Below, piece by piece: positions 61,433 through 64,000 of a stretch of 64,000 nt of DNA (position 1 is its first letter; the number at the start of each line of letters is the position of its first letter). The position numbers were made by a program, and so were the translations under genes. The notes under the pieces are model-generated. The model did not search any database. It was not told the DNA's origin and worked only from the letters and a program-made list of their open reading frames with translations. The stretch covers positions 8,742,001-8,806,000 of the forward strand of contig CATNEN010000039.1 of NCBI GenBank assembly GCA_950097015.1, read 5' to 3'. This DNA is from Macrostomum hystrix. Lineage: Eukaryota > Animalia > Platyhelminthes.

Positions 61433-64000
61433 CTGCGACTATTCCTACACTCTCTGCAAACTCTGATGTTGAGGTTTACATCGAGAGGCTAGATCAGTAC
61501 CTGGTCTACAAGGAAGTTAAAGACGAAGCGAAGGTTGCAACCCTGATCACAGTCATTGGAGAAGAGGCATACAAGCTGCTCCGCAACCTGTGCCTGCCAG
61601 ACGCAGTGTCCTCCAAGCCCTACGAAACGTTGACACAGCTGCTGAAGGATCACTACGCTCCAAAAACATCAATGCTCTCGGCCAGATTTCGTTTTCAGCA
61701 GCGCATCCAGAGACCCGGCGAGAGCTTCACCGACTTCGTTGCCGGTCTCAAAGCAGCTTCTGAGCACTGCAAGTTCGGCATTACTCTGACCGAGAGGCTA
61801 CGCGACCAGCTCATCTTCGGCATACGCAGTGACGCCCACCGAGCGAAGCTTCTGGAAGTCGAGGATCCGACTTTTGATGCCCTGACTAAGAAGATTGAAA
61901 CGCTGGAGACGGCAGAGATGTCCTCATCCGAGATGACACACAGGGCCGAGCCAGTGGCCCACCTGCGCCCGCACAGGAACCCGTCTGGAGCCAAGGGAGT
62001 CAAGGACGTCTGCAGGCAAGCTCCTCGCCGGTCAGCTGCCAGCTTCGCTGACCCAGCTCGGGCAGCGCAGTCGTGCTCGGCCGCAAGTGCGTGTGCAAGC
62101 TGCGGCGGCGCCCATAGTCGGCAGCAGTGTAAGCTGCGCGAGGCCAAATGCCACGGCTGCGGTAAGGTCGGCCACATCCGGAAGGTGTGCAAGTCATCCA
62201 GGCTGCACAAAGTAGATCCCGAGCCGGCTGAGGCGCAGGAGCCCCTTTTCAGCCTTAGGCAAGGCGGATCAAGCAAGGGACTGGTAGTCAAGTTGCTTGT
62301 TCAGGGCAGCCCATGCTGTTTCGAGGTGGACACCGGGTCCGCCCTCACTGTCATACCCAAGAACCTGCAAGAGGAGGTCCTGCCGGACTTGCGCTTGTCG
62401 CCGACCTCCACGGTGCTGCGTACCTACACTGGAGAAAGCTTTCGGCCAGTCGGGCAGGCGGAGGTCACCGTCCAGCACAACAGCCAGGACCTGCGGCTGC
62501 CACTGCTGGTCGTCGAACAAGGCGACGTCGCGTTGCTCGGCCGAGACTGGCTGGCGAAGCTGAAACTTGACTGGCCGAGGATCTTCGGGCAAGTCAACTC
62601 GGTGACTGGCGAGGCGGATGGTCTGATCGCGCAGTTTCCCGAGGTCTTCCAAGGCGGCCTGGGCACCTATCGGCACGGCGAGGTGAAGCTGCACATGCCT
62701 GCGGAGGCTAAGCCACGCTTTTTCAAGGCCAGGCCGGTCCCCTACGCGCTCCGAGAACGCGTTGACGACGAGCTTCGGCGGATGGAGGCGGACGGCATCA
62801 TCACATCAGTCAAGTACTCAGACTGGGCGGCGCCCATCGTGCCCGTGGTTAAGAAGAACGGTGCAGTGCGGATCTGCGGAGACTATAAGCTGACCTACAA
62901 TGCGGAGGCTACGCCAGAGCTGTACCCGCTGCCGCGCATCGAAGACTTGTTCGCTAAGTTGGGCGGCGGCTGCAAGTGGTCCAAGCTGGACATGTCGAAC
63001 GCCTTTCTGCAGCTGCCCCTGTCTAAGGACAGTAAGATTTTCTTGACCATCAATACGCAGCGAGGTCTGTTCCAGCTGAACCGCATGCCATTTGGCATCA
63101 ACTGCGCCAGCGCCGTGTTCCAGCGCACGCTCGACTCTCTGCTCGGTGACCTGGAGTCGGTGCAAGTCTTCGTTGACGATATCCTGGTGACAGGCAGAAC
63201 TCTGCAGCATCATCGCGAGAATCTCACCAAGGTCCTTCAACGCCTCCAGGAGGCGGGTCTACGGTTAAACAAGGACAAGTGCGAGTTCTTCCGCGACTCG
63301 GTCGATTACCTGGGCCATCGGATCGACAGCCAAGGTCTGCGGCCGCTGGCGGAGAAGGTGACGGCAGTGCAGGACGCGCCGGCGCCCACTGATTGCAGTC
63401 AGCTTCGAGCCTATCTCGGCATGCTAACTCACTACGGTAAGTTTCTGCCTCATCTGTCTACCGTGGTCGCTCCGCTCAACCAGTTGCTGACTAAGAACGC
63501 CCGCTGGTGCTGGGGAGAGCCCCAGCAGCTGGCCTTCCAGAGGTCCAAGCGCCTACTGCTCGAGTCTCCGGTGCTTGTTCACTACGACTCGAAGCTGCCG
63601 CTGCGATTAGAGTGCGACGCCAGCCCCTACGGACTCGGCGTGGTGCTGACACATCGCATGGACGGCCAGGACCGAGCGATCGCCTTCGCCAGCCGCAGCC
63701 TGACTACGGCTCAGAAGGGCTACTCGCAGCTGGACAAAGAGGCCCTTGCGATCATGTTCGGCCTCCAGCGTTTCAATCAGTTCCTGCAAGGCCGCAAATT
63801 TGTCATCGTGACCGACCACAAGCCGCTCCTGGGACTTCTAGGCGAGCACAAAGGCATCCCTGAGCACGCGGCTGCCCGCATGCAGCGCTGGGCGATCCGC
63901 TTGGCTGGTTATGACTACGTGCTTGAGTTCCGGCCCACCAGCAAACACGCAAACTGCGATTCACTGTCCCGGCTGCCGCTGCCGAGACAGTTCGAGGAGG
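61429..64000 (+). CDS. gag-pol polyprotein (single open frame, truncated by window edge)
   Basis: RDQLIFG; double zinc knuckle CASCGGAHSRQQC / CHGCGKVGHIRKVC; protease VDTGS; RT RICGDYK, RMPFG, FVDD; RNase H CDASPYGLG, TDHKPL; motifs in one frame; absent from the ORF track, consistent with no stop before the edge. Confidence 0.93.
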   Translation, partial: MAATIPTLSANSDVEVYIERLDQYLVYKEVKDEAKVATLITVIGEEAYKLLRNLCLPDAVSSKPYETLTQLLKDHYAPKTSMLSARFRFQQRIQRPGESFTDFVAGLKAASEHCKFGITLTERLRDQLIFGIRSDAHRAKLLEVEDPTFDALTKKIETLETAEMSSSEMTHRAEPVAHLRPHRNPSGAKGVKDVCRQAPRRSAASFADPARAAQSCSAASACASCGGAHSRQQCKLREAKCHGCGKVGHIRKVCKSSRLHKVDPEPAEAQEPLFSLRQGGSSKGLVVKLLVQGSPCCFEVDTGSALTVIPKNLQEEVLPDLRLSPTSTVLRTYTGESFRPVGQAEVTVQHNSQDLRLPLLVVEQGDVALLGRDWLAKLKLDWPRIFGQVNSVTGEADGLIAQFPEVFQGGLGTYRHGEVKLHMPAEAKPRFFKARPVPYALRERVDDELRRMEADGIITSVKYSDWAAPIVPVVKKNGAVRICGDYKLTYNAEATPELYPLPRIEDLFAKLGGGCKWSKLDMSNAFLQLPLSKDSKIFLTINTQRGLFQLNRMPFGINCASAVFQRTLDSLLGDLESVQVFVDDILVTGRTLQHHRENLTKVLQRLQEAGLRLNKDKCEFFRDSVDYLGHRIDSQGLRPLAEKVTAVQDAPAPTDCSQLRAYLGMLTHYGKFLPHLSTVVAPLNQLLTKNARWCWGEPQQLAFQRSKRLLLESPVLVHYDSKLPLRLECDASPYGLGVVLTHRMDGQDRAIAFASRSLTTAQKGYSQLDKEALAIMFGLQRFNQFLQGRKFVIVTDHKPLLGLLGEHKGIPEHAAARMQRWAIRLAGYDYVLEFRPTSKHANCDSLSRLPLPRQFEE

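Larger units (their letters stand above)
61174..64000 (+). mobile_element. Ty3/Gypsy (Mag-like) LTR retrotransposon, 5' part
   Basis: putative 5' LTR TGT(61174, start tentative)...ACA(61416); PBS TGGCGACGAGGATGG at 61418; gag-pol ORF follows. Confidence 0.92.

Noticed and set aside
61695-63240. Antisense ORFs over gag-pol, and similar ones over TAF5, SCP and GPCR exons
   Set aside because: Shadow ORFs of GC-rich coding sequence

Overview
Eukaryotic (invertebrate animal) genomic DNA with GC-rich exons, short AT-rich introns and very dense minisatellites; the style suggests a free-living flatworm such as Macrostomum, which is inference only. Host genes reconstructed by hand from GT-AG junctions and phase: Rap1 (-), TAF5 (+, 5' end unresolved), an intronless SCP-type EF-hand protein (+), a Nudix/Ap4A-hydrolase-like protein lacking the catalytic glutamates (+), a Q/P-rich multi-exon gene (-), copper transporter CTR1 (+) and a galanin/allatostatin-A-like GPCR (+). 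Mobile DNA: a deleted mariner, a pseudogenised spliced CMC/EnSpm-type transposase, a Tc1 relic, several MITEs with TSDs, a solo LTR, a BEL/Pao gag relic, a five-copy tRNA-like SINE family and an open Mag-like Ty3/Gypsy element running off the right edge. The most striking signal is GPCR intron 1. It consists of about 23 tandem copies of its own 3' splice site plus the first 24 nt of exon 2, and only the last, coding-contiguous copy is preceded by a CACTAAC branch-point consensus. More generally, many introns look like short introns inflated by a private minisatellite.
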